Assembly (NCBI GenBank): GCA_963664435.2
Contig: CAXXKM010000002.1
Span: 128,001 to 192,000 of the forward strand
Length of the DNA stretch: 64,000 nucleotides
Source of the DNA: Longimicrobiales bacterium
GTDB lineage: Bacteria; Gemmatimonadota; Gemmatimonadetes; Longimicrobiales; Gaopeijiaceae
Reading direction: 5' to 3'
Part shown: piece by piece, positions 50,461 to 63,330 of the stretch
Position numbering within the stretch: position 1 is the first letter of the stretch
Layout of the letters: each line of letters opens with the position of its first letter
Program-made: the position numbers and the translations under genes
Notes under the pieces: generated by a model
Told to the model about the DNA's origin: nothing
What the model saw: only the letters and a program-made list of their open reading frames with translations
Database searches by the model: none

Positions 50461-51841
50461 GGAATCACTCCTCCGGTAGGCCGGGCGACGACCACGGTTC
50501 GATTCTCGGGAACGAGGTATTTGCGCGCGACGTTCAGCACGTCGTCGAGGGTCACGGCCTCGTAGCGCGCAAGCACGTTGTTGACCTCGAAGGGATCGCC
50601 GTGCGTGAGCGCGAAGGACTGCAGGATGCTGGCCTTGGCGCTGACCGTCATGCGGCTCGCAACCTGGGCGGCGCGCTGCTGGTTGAGCGCCTTCTCCAAC
50701 TCGCGTTCGGTGATGCCTTCCGCCTTCAGCTTTTCGATCTCCTCCTCGATGACCGCGCGGATGTCTTCGATGTTGCCGCCGGCGTGCGGGAGGCTTCCGA
50801 ACAGCATGAGTCCGGACCCGAGCCGCTGCTGCAGCCCGGAGATGACGGCCGGAGCCAGCTCGTCCTGCTTGACCAGGCGCTGGTGCAGGCGGCTGCTCTC
50901 GCCCGCGCTGAAGACCTGGGAAAGCACGGCCAGCGGGTAGACGTCCGGGTGGCCGGCCTCCGGGACGTTGTATCCCATGTAAAGGAACGGCAGCCGGGCG
51001 TGCTCGTCGCTGACCGACGCCGCGCGTTCGCCGTCGGTGCGCGGCGTGACCGGCGGTTCGGGGAGCGGGGGCACGTCCTCCCCCCGGGGAATGGCGCCGA
51101 AATACTCCTCCGCCAGCGCGCGGATCTGGTCGGTGGTCACCGCACCGGCCACCGACAGAGTCGCGTTGTTGGGTACGTAGTAGCGCTCGTAGAAGTCCTT
51201 GACGTCGTCCGTGGTGGCCGCGTCGAGATCCTCCATGGAGCCGATCGGCGTATGCCGGTAGGGCTCGTAGTCGGTGGAGAGCGAATCCAGGACGATGTTC
51301 GCCTGTGCGTACGCCACGTTGTCGATGCGCAGACGGCGCTCCTCCTTCACCACTTCGCGCTGGTTCTCGAAGCCGCGTTCGCTCACCACCAGCCGGGCCA
51401 TGCGCTCCGCGTGCAGCCAGAAGGACAGGTTGACCCGGTTGGAGGGGAGGGTCTCGAAGTACGCCGTGCGGTCGGTCGAGGTGGTGCCGTTGTAGGTGCC
51501 GCCGGCGTTGTTGACCAGCCGGGCGAAGTCGCCGTTGCCCAGGTTCTCGGTCTCCTCGAACACCAGGTGCTCGAAGAAGTGCGCGAACCCCGTGCGGCCG
51601 GGGACCTCGTGCGCGCTGCCCACGTGGTACCACATGTTGACCGACACCACCGGCGCCGAGTGGTCCTCGCTCACGATCACGCGCAGTCCGTTGTCGAGCG
51701 AGAAGGTGTCGATGGGGATCGGGGGCAGTTCGAAGGCCTGGGCGTGCGCCGGCCCGGCCGTGACGGCCCAGACCAGCGCCAGGCATGCCAGGACGGCGGT
51801 CACGCAGGGTGGAAGCGCCACCGCGCCGATTCGTTTTGTGT

Positions 51842-51845
<4 letters not shown>
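50457..51845 (-). CDS. M16 zinc peptidase catalytic subunit, exported
   Basis: LDNGLRV, GFAHFFEHL (HxxEH), NGTTSTDRTAY, VVKEERR. Confidence 0.92.
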
Positions 51846-54685
<2,840 letters not shown>

Positions 54686-54712
54686 GGGGAAAGATACTAC
54701 GAGGTAGGGGGC

Positions 54713-54761
54713 GTCTGCCATTTTGGCAGAGTCTGCGGGACAAGTCTGCCATTTTGGCAGA
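54713..54761. repeat. Pair of palindromes GTCTGCCA-TTT-TGGCAGA upstream of uvrA
   Basis: Copies at 54713-54730 and 54744-54761; reverse complement of the 20195/20237 motif. Confidence 0.9.
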
Positions 54762-54801
54762 GGTGACCCTTGCCGGTGCGGTCCACGCCCGCTTTTGCGC
54801 C

Positions 54802-54831
54802 TTCGCCGGCGACCGACTTCCGGCGTACAAT
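54802..54831 (+). promoter_or_regulatory. Candidate sigma70 promoter
   Basis: TTCGCC-N18-TACAAT. Confidence 0.3.
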
Positions 54832-54973
54832 GAATGCGATCCACTGAACGCGCCTGACGTTGGCGAGATGCCGCCGGCTGCCTTCGCATCGGAATGCTGA
54901 TCCGCCGCGTCCATGACGCCTCCGATAGCCTATGGGCGACTCACACAACCCCTTGGCGGAGGGACGGACCTGA

Positions 54974-56233
54974 ATGCCGAAGCCGACAAGAATGATGACG
55001 ACAACAACGCGACCGAGCTACCTCCCGCCGCTCCTCACTCTGGCGCTCCTGGTGGCCTGCGGTGATGCCGGGGACGGATCGGCCACCGGCGCCGCCGGCA
55101 CGCTGGACGGCCCCGACGTGATTCTGAACGCCGTGACCGAGGACGTCTTCACGGTCGGGTCGGTTATGGGCGACACGTGGGACACGTTCGGCAATGTGCG
55201 CTCGGTGCACTTCGACGCGCATGCCAACCTGCACATCTTCGATAGCCAATTCGATCACATTCTGGTGGTCGGGCCGGAGGGGTCGCTGATCCGTACCGTC
55301 GGAGGACGGGGAGAGGGACCCGGAGAGTTCGACAACGTCACCCAGGCGATCGTCGCGCGCGACGGCTCCTATACGGTGATGGGATTCACGCAGATCGACC
55401 TTCTCGAATCCGGCGGCGAGTTCGTGCGGCGCATTACCATGGACCCGATGACGACGGGTATGGCCATGGCCAGCATGGCGCTCCCCGACGGTCGCCTCGT
55501 CACCACGCAGATCGTGCGCTTCGGCGAAGACGAACAGCCGGAAGAAGCCGGTCGTCCGATCCACCTCTTCCCCTTGGATGGCACCGAGCCGGAACTCCTC
55601 TACACTGCCTGGGAGCTGCCCGAGGAGGACGAAGACGAATCCGAGCTGAGCGGGGACATGGAAACCGGCATGCGCATGCGTTTTGCCGCGGGCCGCGCCT
55701 TCGAGCCGCGCCTCGATATCGATTTGCTGACCGATGGCCGCCTCGCGTTGATCGACTCGATCGGCTACCGCGTCAAGCTCATCGGGCTCGACGGAAGTGT
55801 CACCGGAACCATCGAGCGGCCGATTGCGCCGCTTCCCGTCGATAACGGGATCAGGGAGGCCGAACGCGAGCGCTACCGCGAACGCGAGGCCGCGTCGCTT
55901 GAGAGCGCACGCAACACCAACTTGCCCATCCAGATCGAGCGGGAGGGAGTGGAGGAGCGCACCTTCGCCGACGAGGTGCCAGTCCTGTGGGGCTTGAAGG
56001 TGGACTGGGAAGACCGAATCTGGGTCGAGCGCCGGGGTCCGACGGGTGACGACGACGGCCCGACCGACATCGTGACAGCCGATGGGGACTACATCGGCAC
56101 CCTGCCGGCGGAGGGACTCCGGACGCCGGACGCCTTCGGCCCCGGTGGACTCATGGCCTACATCGAAAGCGATGACCTGGAAGTGCCGACCGTCCGCGTG
56201 GTCAGGCTGATTCCGCTGGAGCCGCAAGGCTAA
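54974..56233 (+). CDS. 6-bladed beta-propeller (NHL-like) lipoprotein
   Basis: Lipobox LVAC; GGRGEGPGEF; VDWEDRIWV...DIVTADGDYIG; start may be 54992. Confidence 0.8.
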   Translation: MPKPTRMMTTTTRPSYLPPLLTLALLVACGDAGDGSATGAAGTLDGPDVILNAVTEDVFTVGSVMGDTWDTFGNVRSVHFDAHANLHIFDSQFDHILVVGPEGSLIRTVGGRGEGPGEFDNVTQAIVARDGSYTVMGFTQIDLLESGGEFVRRITMDPMTTGMAMASMALPDGRLVTTQIVRFGEDEQPEEAGRPIHLFPLDGTEPELLYTAWELPEEDEDESELSGDMETGMRMRFAAGRAFEPRLDIDLLTDGRLALIDSIGYRVKLIGLDGSVTGTIERPIAPLPVDNGIREAERERYREREAASLESARNTNLPIQIEREGVEERTFADEVPVLWGLKVDWEDRIWVERRGPTGDDDGPTDIVTADGDYIGTLPAEGLRTPDAFGPGGLMAYIESDDLEVPTVRVVRLIPLEPQG

Positions 56234-56257
56234 CGCAATCCGCGCCTCGGCCAAGGC

Positions 56258-57481
56258 TCAGGCCGAGCTTCGACCGGCTGGCGCGATTCGGGCACGAACT
56301 ACGTACTGCACATCGAACTCGTCGGTCACGATCAGCCATGCCAGGTCGCCCCGCACAACCGGGGCGACCTGGTCCGAGAGGCTGAGGCTCGGTCCGAAGC
56401 TTGCCGTACCGAGATAGCCGCCTTTCTCCGAGTAGACATCGAACACGGCTTCGCCGTCTGCTGCGGGGGTCCGGACCCACAGGTTGCCCTCGCCCGATTC
56501 GAAGATGGCCTCGATGGCGGGTTTGACGTTGGGAATACGGGACCAGTCGAACTGGCGATCCACACCAATGTTCGAGAGCCGTTGCCGCATTTCATCGATC
56601 ACTGAGTCGCGTTCCACCTCGGGCACGGGAACGGCGGGTCGGCGAGTCTCGACGAAGAGCGCTGTATCCCCCCCCGGCTCCCACCGCGCCAAGCGGTACT
56701 CGGGATCGCCATCCCGGGTGGACCAGACGTGGCCTCGCGAATCGTTGTACCTGACCTCGCCCGCGAAGAACGGGATCCCGTACAGCCTGTAGCCGCCGTC
56801 CCGCTCCAGGTAGAACATGCCGGGCTGACTCCTGGGGTCGTACTCTTCGTCCTCTGGTTGATCGCTGGGCAACGGCAGCGAGTCCACCAGCGTCATCGTC
56901 AAATCGTAGACCCGAATCTGTTCCCGGGTGCCGTCCGACCACGGCCGGTGGATGCGGCTCCCGTTCACCATCGCGCCGTTCCATACCCACCCGTAGTACC
57001 CGTCGGCGAACGGAAAGGACTCGAGGAAGCCGTCCACGGGATCGAAGACCGACATGCGTCCGTTCCGCGCATCCGGGACCCAGAGGCGTTCGCCGGGGCC
57101 AAGCATGAGGCCGTTCGCGTCCACGAACTCGCCGGGTCCCTGCCCCTTGCCGCCATGGGTCGCGACGTGAGCCCCATCGGGGCCGAAGACGCGCAGTTCC
57201 TGAACTTGGGAATCCAGGACGGCGAAGCCTCCATCTTCCAGCGCCACCAAGCCCTTCAGATAGGCGAACGCGTCCGGTCCGGTGCCTTCGAGGGAGCCGA
57301 TGCGAAGTTCCTCGACCAGAGTCCAGGTTGGGGATACGTTCGCCGCCGGGATGTTCGTGACGTGGACGGTGCCGGAAGGCAAGGTGTCCCGCAGCGTGGT
57401 CCAGTCGCTCGGAGAACCGCCGTCGCCGCAGCCGGCCAGGGCTACCCACGCCACGACGAGCAGCGTCCAACTCCGTTGCAT
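56258..57481 (-). CDS. 6-bladed beta-propeller (NHL-like) lipoprotein
   Basis: Lipobox LAGC; LVEELRIG, GGKGQGPGEF, GNLWV...FDVYSEKGGYLG. Confidence 0.82.
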   Translation of the reverse strand: MQRSWTLLVVAWVALAGCGDGGSPSDWTTLRDTLPSGTVHVTNIPAANVSPTWTLVEELRIGSLEGTGPDAFAYLKGLVALEDGGFAVLDSQVQELRVFGPDGAHVATHGGKGQGPGEFVDANGLMLGPGERLWVPDARNGRMSVFDPVDGFLESFPFADGYYGWVWNGAMVNGSRIHRPWSDGTREQIRVYDLTMTLVDSLPLPSDQPEDEEYDPRSQPGMFYLERDGGYRLYGIPFFAGEVRYNDSRGHVWSTRDGDPEYRLARWEPGGDTALFVETRRPAVPVPEVERDSVIDEMRQRLSNIGVDRQFDWSRIPNVKPAIEAIFESGEGNLWVRTPAADGEAVFDVYSEKGGYLGTASFGPSLSLSDQVAPVVRGDLAWLIVTDEFDVQYVVRARIAPAGRSSA

Positions 57482-57483
57482 GA

Positions 57484-59670
57484 TCAGCGCCTTTGCTCGG
57501 TAGCGTGGATCAGGCGCCGCAACGCGGCGACATCGTCCTGGATCGACCGCTCGATTTCCTCGGCACGACGATCGGCGTCCCACTCCTCGATCTGCGCTTC
57601 TATTCCTCTGATCCTTCCGTCCAGATCGTACTGCTCGATCTGGGCCTCGATGTCCCGGATCTTCCCGTCCATATCGTATCGCTCGATCTGGTCTTCGATG
57701 TCTCGAACCTTCCCGTCGAGGTCGTACCGCTCGATCTGGTCTTCGATGTCTCGGACCCTCACGTCGAGGTCGTACCGCTCGATCTCCTGTCCGATCTCGC
57801 GCACTCGTTGGCCCAGATCGTATTCGCCGATGGCTTGGCGCGTGGATCGTAGCTCGCCTTCGGCACGTACCATTTCGACTTGCAACGCCTCCTGAGTCTC
57901 AGGCGATATCATCCGATCCATTCCCCGTCGGAGGCTTGCGACCTGCCGTTCGTGGCCCGCGATTTGACGGTGGAGACCCGCGACGTGTCGCTCGTGGGAC
58001 GCTATCTCGCGTTCTAGACTCGCGACGTGCCGTTCGTGGGATCCTATCTCCCGGCGCAGCCTCCCCTCCTTGGCGCGCACGTCCCACGCCTCGCGGGAGC
58101 GCGCCAACACGGTCAACATCAGGTTGCGCCAGTCGCGAGCTTCGTCGTCGAGGGGTTGGGAGCGGCCATCGATGCTCCACTCGTACACCAGGCCACCTGG
58201 ACCGGAAGTGATCGCCATCCGGTGAAGCCTCTCGGCCCGCGAAGCAAGAACCAGCCGACTGCCGGGATCCATGCTCGCGACCGCCGTACCGTCTCCGGTC
58301 ATCACGACCTCTCCGCTCGTCCGCATGCACAGCGCCATCCCGTCTACGGATACCCGCATCGTCGTCGACTCACGGTCCCGCATTATGCCGGTGAAGCTCC
58401 TCGGCTCGCACTCGATCTCCTGTGATGCGAGGGCTTCCGGCGCTGGCGGGGAGGGCGCGCTTGAGGCCGTCGCGAGGCGCTCGCCTGGCATCCTGTCAGG
58501 TGCCTGCGCTGACACCGGTTCCGGATTCCCTGGAGGTGCCGGGCTCTCGGCCGGACGCTCGTCGAGACGCGCGATCTCAGCCTGAGGCGCGGGACTCTCG
58601 CCTGGATCCCTGGGGACGGGTCTGGCACAGGCTGCAACCATGCCCACCACACCGACCAGCGCCAGCGCGGTATAGGTGCGGACTCTCGAAAAACGCGGTC
58701 GATGCAGCTTGAGAATGGACATGATTCTGCTCTCCAAATGCGGGTGTTGTACCACGGGCAGCGAGAGGACGGGCGGGCTAGGGGCGATCTCGGACGCCAG
58801 CGAGAAGAGGTGACGGGCATATGCGGAGGGGCGTAGTACGCCAAGTGCCAGGACTTCCTCGTCGCACGAGCGCTCCATCTCGGCGGCCGCGAAACGTGAT
58901 GCGAGCCAGATCAGGGGATGGAACCAGTACAGCGCCACCACGGCGCCGCCCACGAGGCGCCACAACGCATCCCGCCGACGCGCATGCACTAGTTCATGCG
59001 AAACGACCATCTCCCGCCGGCCGCACGTCCAACGCTGCGCAGACGCGGGAAGTAGAACCACGGGCCTAAGCGGACCGCCCGTCATGGGTGTGGCGACTTG
59101 AGTACTGGAGAGGATTCGAGCGCCGCCACGCACGCGCAGCCGGTGCCGGAGCGCATCCGTCGATCGGATCCAGTCCGGGTCGCGAATCGGGATTGCCCCC
59201 CGCACGAGCGTTCGGAAACGAAGGGCCCCGACGGCCAGGGAGATGAGCCCAGCCCCGCAACCGAGTGCCCAGATGAGGAACACGCCAACGGTGGGAGTCG
59301 GCGGCATTGACCGGCGGCCAGAACGGGCGACCGCACGAATCTGGTCGGGAATCGAGCTGCCGGAATGTGGCTGGCGTCCGGCGCTGAGAGGAGTGGCTGC
59401 AGATGATGGGTCGCTCGCTGTGTTTACCGGGATATGGTGCTCGATTGCCGTGGTCCGGACGGGGAGAATCGGCACCCTCCACGACGGGCCCAAGAGGGCC
59501 AGCACGGGCAGCGCGAGCAGCACTGTGAAGGTCGTGGTCCACAGGAGATGCAGGGTTCTCGCGGAACCCCGCCTCAGAAACCATGCCAGGATGAGGGCGA
59601 GCGACAGTACGAGCGTGGCCTTCGCAACCAGAGCGATGACGCTCGCGGCGGCGATGGGCAATCCGTTCAT
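57484..59670 (-). CDS. BlaR1/MecR1-type M56 metallopeptidase with a repeat-rich C-terminal domain
   Basis: TM helices, PMTGG..RPVVLLP, HELVHARRRD, YWFHPLIW, ERSCDE, LESRIMSIL. Confidence 0.92.
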   Translation of the reverse strand: MNGLPIAAASVIALVAKATLVLSLALILAWFLRRGSARTLHLLWTTTFTVLLALPVLALLGPSWRVPILPVRTTAIEHHIPVNTASDPSSAATPLSAGRQPHSGSSIPDQIRAVARSGRRSMPPTPTVGVFLIWALGCGAGLISLAVGALRFRTLVRGAIPIRDPDWIRSTDALRHRLRVRGGARILSSTQVATPMTGGPLRPVVLLPASAQRWTCGRREMVVSHELVHARRRDALWRLVGGAVVALYWFHPLIWLASRFAAAEMERSCDEEVLALGVLRPSAYARHLFSLASEIAPSPPVLSLPVVQHPHLESRIMSILKLHRPRFSRVRTYTALALVGVVGMVAACARPVPRDPGESPAPQAEIARLDERPAESPAPPGNPEPVSAQAPDRMPGERLATASSAPSPPAPEALASQEIECEPRSFTGIMRDRESTTMRVSVDGMALCMRTSGEVVMTGDGTAVASMDPGSRLVLASRAERLHRMAITSGPGGLVYEWSIDGRSQPLDDEARDWRNLMLTVLARSREAWDVRAKEGRLRREIGSHERHVASLEREIASHERHVAGLHRQIAGHERQVASLRRGMDRMISPETQEALQVEMVRAEGELRSTRQAIGEYDLGQRVREIGQEIERYDLDVRVRDIEDQIERYDLDGKVRDIEDQIERYDMDGKIRDIEAQIEQYDLDGRIRGIEAQIEEWDADRRAEEIERSIQDDVAALRRLIHATEQRR
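57540..57825 (-). repeat. About 6 x 48-bp (16-aa) tandem repeat, consensus YDLDGKVRDIEDQIER
   Basis: Visible in DNA (CGCTCGATCTGGTCTTCGATGTCTCG recurs 48 bp apart) and in protein. Confidence 0.9.
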
Positions 59671-60050
59671 CGTCCCTCCTCCGCTGCATTGTCGATCATG
59701 GCCTTGATGCGTTCGCGCTCCTCCGGCGTGAGGTCGCCTTCGCGGAGTTGCAGCAGCATGGTCACCGCGCCCTCGACGCTGCCTCCGAAGAATGTCCTCA
59801 GGACGTGGTGCATGGCGGAGCGTCGCGCTCGGGGAACGGGCATGGTGGGCGAGTAGACGTAGCGGGGGCCGTCGGGCGTTCTCGTCAGGTGGCCCTTGGC
59901 GACGAGGATGCGCAGAATCGAGCGGACGGCCGAGTCGGTCGGTGGGTCCGGCATTTGTTCCCGGATCTGAACGGCCGTGGCGCCGCTCAGCTCGTACAGG
60001 ATGTCCATCACCTGGCGCTCTCGTCTGCTAAGTGGGGGCAGTTGACTCAC
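59667..60050 (-). CDS. BlaI/MecI/CopY-family repressor
   Basis: LSRRERQVMDILY, SAVRSILRILVAKG, RYVYSP, TFFGGS. Confidence 0.95.
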   Translation of the reverse strand: MSQLPPLSRRERQVMDILYELSGATAVQIREQMPDPPTDSAVRSILRILVAKGHLTRTPDGPRYVYSPTMPVPRARRSAMHHVLRTFFGGSVEGAVTMLLQLREGDLTPEERERIKAMIDNAAEEGR

Positions 60051-60134
60051 GATGATCGCGCTCCATTCGGCGGTGTTCTCCGTCCAGCCCTCACGACTCG
60101 GAGGTTGCGGTCGAATGGGATCGTACCATCAAAC

Positions 60135-60150
60135 TGTTGAAAAAACAACA
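60135..60150. promoter_or_regulatory. Candidate BlaI operator TGTTG-N6-CAACA
   Basis: Perfect inverted repeat in an AT-rich patch 85 bp upstream of the blaI-like start. Confidence 0.55.
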
Positions 60151-60197
60151 TACTGGTCGCCGCGACACCTCCTCGCCGTGGTTCGCGCCACCGGGAC

Positions 60198-60215
60198 TCT
60201 GCCAGAATGGCAGAC
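60198..60215. repeat. Fifth copy of the TCTGCCA-N3-TGGCAGAC palindrome
   Basis: TCTGCCAGAATGGCAGAC, intergenic. Confidence 0.85.
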
Positions 60216-60367
60216 ACTGACGATGAGCAGCGCGCACTATCCCGCAATATTTGGACGCCGGGGTTGCGGCGGTCGGGGTTCAGGGACCAGCGTCATCCAT
60301 CGGGTCGCTGTCCTGCGCATTGCCGCTGATCCATCGTCTCGGGGTCGTCGGCGAGGGAGGGAGAAGG

Positions 60368-61939
60368 ATGAACGAAGTTCAGCTGCCACACCGGGAGCAC
60401 CCGATGACGGTGCGGCGGTCGATCCGGCGGCATCAGGTCGGAATCCGGCCCACCGTCAACGCGTGCCTCTGGCTGGTTTTCGCGGGGTGCGGCGGAGAGA
60501 GCGCCGCGCCGGTCGCTCCCTCCGCCCCCGACACGGTCGTCGCCTCGATCCGGATAACGCCATCCGAACGAACCATCGGCCTCCTCGGCACCCGGTTCGG
60601 CACGGGAGCAGCGGCGCTGGCCGCGGACGGCACCACGCTGTACCACACGGGTCACGATCCCGGTCGTTTTGCGTGGTCGTCCTCCGCGCCCGAAATCGCG
60701 TCGGTGAGCGGGGACGGCAACGGCGAGTCCGCTCGTTTGATCACGGGGTTGAGCAATGGCACGGCGACCATCACTGCGACCAGTCAGGGGGTGACGGGCC
60801 GGCTGACGGTCACGGTGCGGGAGCGGGCGCGCGCTGCCTGGTCCGTTCCGCTCGACTGGTCCTTTCCAGAAGAGAGCAGGGGAGGATCGATCGACGCCGG
60901 CGCCGCAATCGGAGCCGACGGGACGATCTACGTCGGGTGGAATGACCACCCTGCCGAACGAAGTCATTTGTACGCCCTCGCGCCACAGGGAGGCATACTG
61001 TGGATCGTGGACCTCCCCGGCATCAGCTGGTCGACGCCCGCCATCGGCACCGACGGGACGCTCTATGTCGGGTTGCGTGGCTCGACCGGCCTCGTCGCCG
61101 TGGATCCGGCTGGGTCCGTACGGTGGGTACTGGACAACCTCTCCGGAATCTCGTCGTCTCCCGCTATCGGGCCGGACGGGACCATCTATGTGGCCGGTCG
61201 CCGCCACGTCCACGCGGTCGATCCCCGGGGCGAAATCCGGTGGACGTACGAGTCCTCCCACTTCACGTCGTCCCCCGCGGTCGCGAGTGACGGCACGATC
61301 TACGTTGGCGGGACGGATAACAACTTGCATGCGATCAACCGCGACGGCTCACCGCGGTGGACGTTCAAGAAGTCAGCCCTGGTCTGGTCGCCGCCGTCGA
61401 TCGGCCGCGACGGCGCGATCTATTTCGGTACGGACGCCGGTCGGCTCCACGCGGTGAATCCCGACGGGACCGAGCGATGGAACGTCTCGGTGAGAGACGG
61501 AGCGGTCCTGTCTCCGCCGTCGATCGGCCCGGACGGCGCGATCTATGTCCTGGGCAGGGGCCTGTTCGCCATCAATCCCGACGGCTCGATTCGCTGGCAC
61601 TTCCATTCAGCGACGTCCGGGTTCAGGACCACGCCGATCCTGGGGGCGAACGGCAACGTCTATCTCGGCTCGGGTGCTGCCGTCACGGCGCTGGACGCCC
61701 AGGGCAGGCTCCTGTGGGACTACCAGCCAGGTGGTGGCCACGGCTTCACGGGTGTCTGGGTCCTCGCGTCGCCCGCCATCGGTGTCGATGGCACGATCAT
61801 CGCCACCTCCTTCTCCGAAACGGACGGGGGCACCATACACGGGATCGTCGAGACGGAGTCGACGAACGGCGGCCACGCCGGCTCGCCCTGGCCGACGCAG
61901 CGCGGCAATCCAGCCAACACCGGGCGGGCCGGGAGATAA
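60368..61939 (+). CDS. Lipoprotein with an Ig-like (Big_2) domain and a PQQ/BamB-like beta-propeller
   Basis: Lipobox FAGC; WSSSAPEIASV...GTATITAT; about 8 repeats SSPAIGxDGTIYVG...A.NPDG..RW; start may be 60404. Confidence 0.85.
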   Translation: MNEVQLPHREHPMTVRRSIRRHQVGIRPTVNACLWLVFAGCGGESAAPVAPSAPDTVVASIRITPSERTIGLLGTRFGTGAAALAADGTTLYHTGHDPGRFAWSSSAPEIASVSGDGNGESARLITGLSNGTATITATSQGVTGRLTVTVRERARAAWSVPLDWSFPEESRGGSIDAGAAIGADGTIYVGWNDHPAERSHLYALAPQGGILWIVDLPGISWSTPAIGTDGTLYVGLRGSTGLVAVDPAGSVRWVLDNLSGISSSPAIGPDGTIYVAGRRHVHAVDPRGEIRWTYESSHFTSSPAVASDGTIYVGGTDNNLHAINRDGSPRWTFKKSALVWSPPSIGRDGAIYFGTDAGRLHAVNPDGTERWNVSVRDGAVLSPPSIGPDGAIYVLGRGLFAINPDGSIRWHFHSATSGFRTTPILGANGNVYLGSGAAVTALDAQGRLLWDYQPGGGHGFTGVWVLASPAIGVDGTIIATSFSETDGGTIHGIVETESTNGGHAGSPWPTQRGNPANTGRAGR

Positions 61940-62152
61940 ATGGCCGGCGTTTTTCCTGCCGTCGACGGCCTCGGCGCTATTCCTGGCGGCGAGTTGCGTC
62001 CCGGGCCTCTGCGCCCGGACCGGATCATCATGGACACCGCGAGCGCCCAGCATGCGCGGCCCAACCCCCACGCCGCCAACGCCCCTGAAGCTCGGACTCG
62101 TCCCCTCCGCGGGGCCGACCCGGAGACACCAACGACACGGGTCACTCGCGCC

Positions 62153-62491
62153 ATGATGCAAGAGGTCACCGACGCCATCATCGACCAGATGGTGCAGGCG
62201 CTCGTCGCGGAGGCGGATCCCGAGCAGGTGATCCTCTTCGGCTCCCGCGCGCGGGGCGACTCCCGCGACCAGTCCGATGTGGACCTGATCGTCGTGGAAG
62301 CCGAGCCCTTCGGGCCCGAACGCAGCCGTCACCGGGAGATCGTCCGGCTCCGCCAGACCCTCCGGCCCTTCCATGTTCCGGTAGATGTCCTGGTATACTC
62401 GCAGGAGGACGTGGACTACTGGCGGGATTCGCTCAACTTCGTCCTCGCGCGGGCGTTGCGGGAAGGCCGGGTGATGTATGAGCGATCCTAA
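62153..62491 (+). CDS. Minimal nucleotidyltransferase (MNT) antitoxin-like protein
   Basis: VILFGSRARGD...SDVDL, PVDVLV, LREGRVMYE. Confidence 0.9.
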   Translation: MMQEVTDAIIDQMVQALVAEADPEQVILFGSRARGDSRDQSDVDLIVVEAEPFGPERSRHREIVRLRQTLRPFHVPVDVLVYSQEDVDYWRDSLNFVLARALREGRVMYERS

Positions 62492-62597
62492 GTGCGCACG
62501 GGCCCTTCTCGAAGCCGCGGACCGCGACATCCTGACCCTCAGGGAGATAGGCGGGTATGCTCATCGCAGGATGCCCTCCACCTTCGGCGGGTGGTAA
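62478..62597 (+). pseudogene. Truncated HEPN-domain gene (N-terminal remnant)
   Basis: MSDPKCARALLEAADRDILTLRE... overlaps the MNT stop as in MNT-HEPN pairs; stops after 39 aa. Confidence 0.6.
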
Positions 62598-62625
62598 TGA
62601 ATGCCCTCGATGACGATGGAGAGCG

Positions 62626-63330
62626 TCAGGGAGCGACCCCCACCCCCACCGAGATCGACAGCCCGCTGATATTGTACCTGTAATCGAGCCTCAGCGAACC
62701 CTGCTCGATGATCCAGTCGAGATAGGACCGCAGGTAGCGGACCCGGATGTCGACCGGCCACGCGCCGTCCAGGGTGACGCCGATGCCCGCGGTCCAGGGG
62801 ATCGTCGTGAACCTGTCGCGGTCTTCGCCCGCTTCCCCGTTTGAGGGATCGACCCCTCCGGTGGCGAACTCGCTCCACGTCCGGCGCGGCCCGCCGAAGA
62901 CGAAGCCCCGCGATCCTCCGGTTCCGAACCGGCGGCTGGCCACGAGGCTGAGACCAATGCCGTACCGGTCGGTGTAGTCCCAGCTGCCCGGCCAGACATC
63001 ATGGACGTTGCCCGCTGGAGTCGGCTGGATGGTGCCCTCGATTGCGCGCCGGACGAAGATGGTGCCCTCGAATTCGGCGCCCAGCATCCAGTTCCCGGGC
63101 AATTCCCGACGGACGCCGGCCGTCAGATGCGCGCCCAGCCTCAGGCCGGAAGCGGATGATGCGCTCGAGCTGGATCCACCGCCGATGGTCACCTTCTTGA
63201 TGTGTTCGACGGACACCCGGCCCACCTCGGGCGTCACGCGCAGGGACAGCGTGGACTGGGCGAACGACGGCGTCGGCGCCGGCAGGACGGCGCACATGGC
63301 AGCGATAATCGGCGCGGCCGGTTTCCTCAC
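62626..63330 (-). CDS. Exported protein, probable outer-membrane beta-barrel
   Basis: Signal peptide ending SFA; amphipathic beta strands; GTG start overlaps the upstream stop. Confidence 0.65.
   Translation of the reverse strand: MRKPAAPIIAAMCAVLPAPTPSFAQSTLSLRVTPEVGRVSVEHIKKVTIGGGSSSSASSASGLRLGAHLTAGVRRELPGNWMLGAEFEGTIFVRRAIEGTIQPTPAGNVHDVWPGSWDYTDRYGIGLSLVASRRFGTGGSRGFVFGGPRRTWSEFATGGVDPSNGEAGEDRDRFTTIPWTAGIGVTLDGAWPVDIRVRYLRSYLDWIIEQGSLRLDYRYNISGLSISVGVGVAP

Noticed and set aside
55507..55518. GCAGATCGTGCG, a partial match to the island-end motif arm
   Set aside because: Inside an intact CDS (encodes QIVR), only 11 bp match and no second arm at N22.
56668..56675. C8 homopolymer
   Set aside because: Short and in frame within an intact gene; expected at this GC content.
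57540..57825. 48-bp periodic repeat as a possible CRISPR array
   Set aside because: In-frame coding repeat with no unique spacers and no cas genes.
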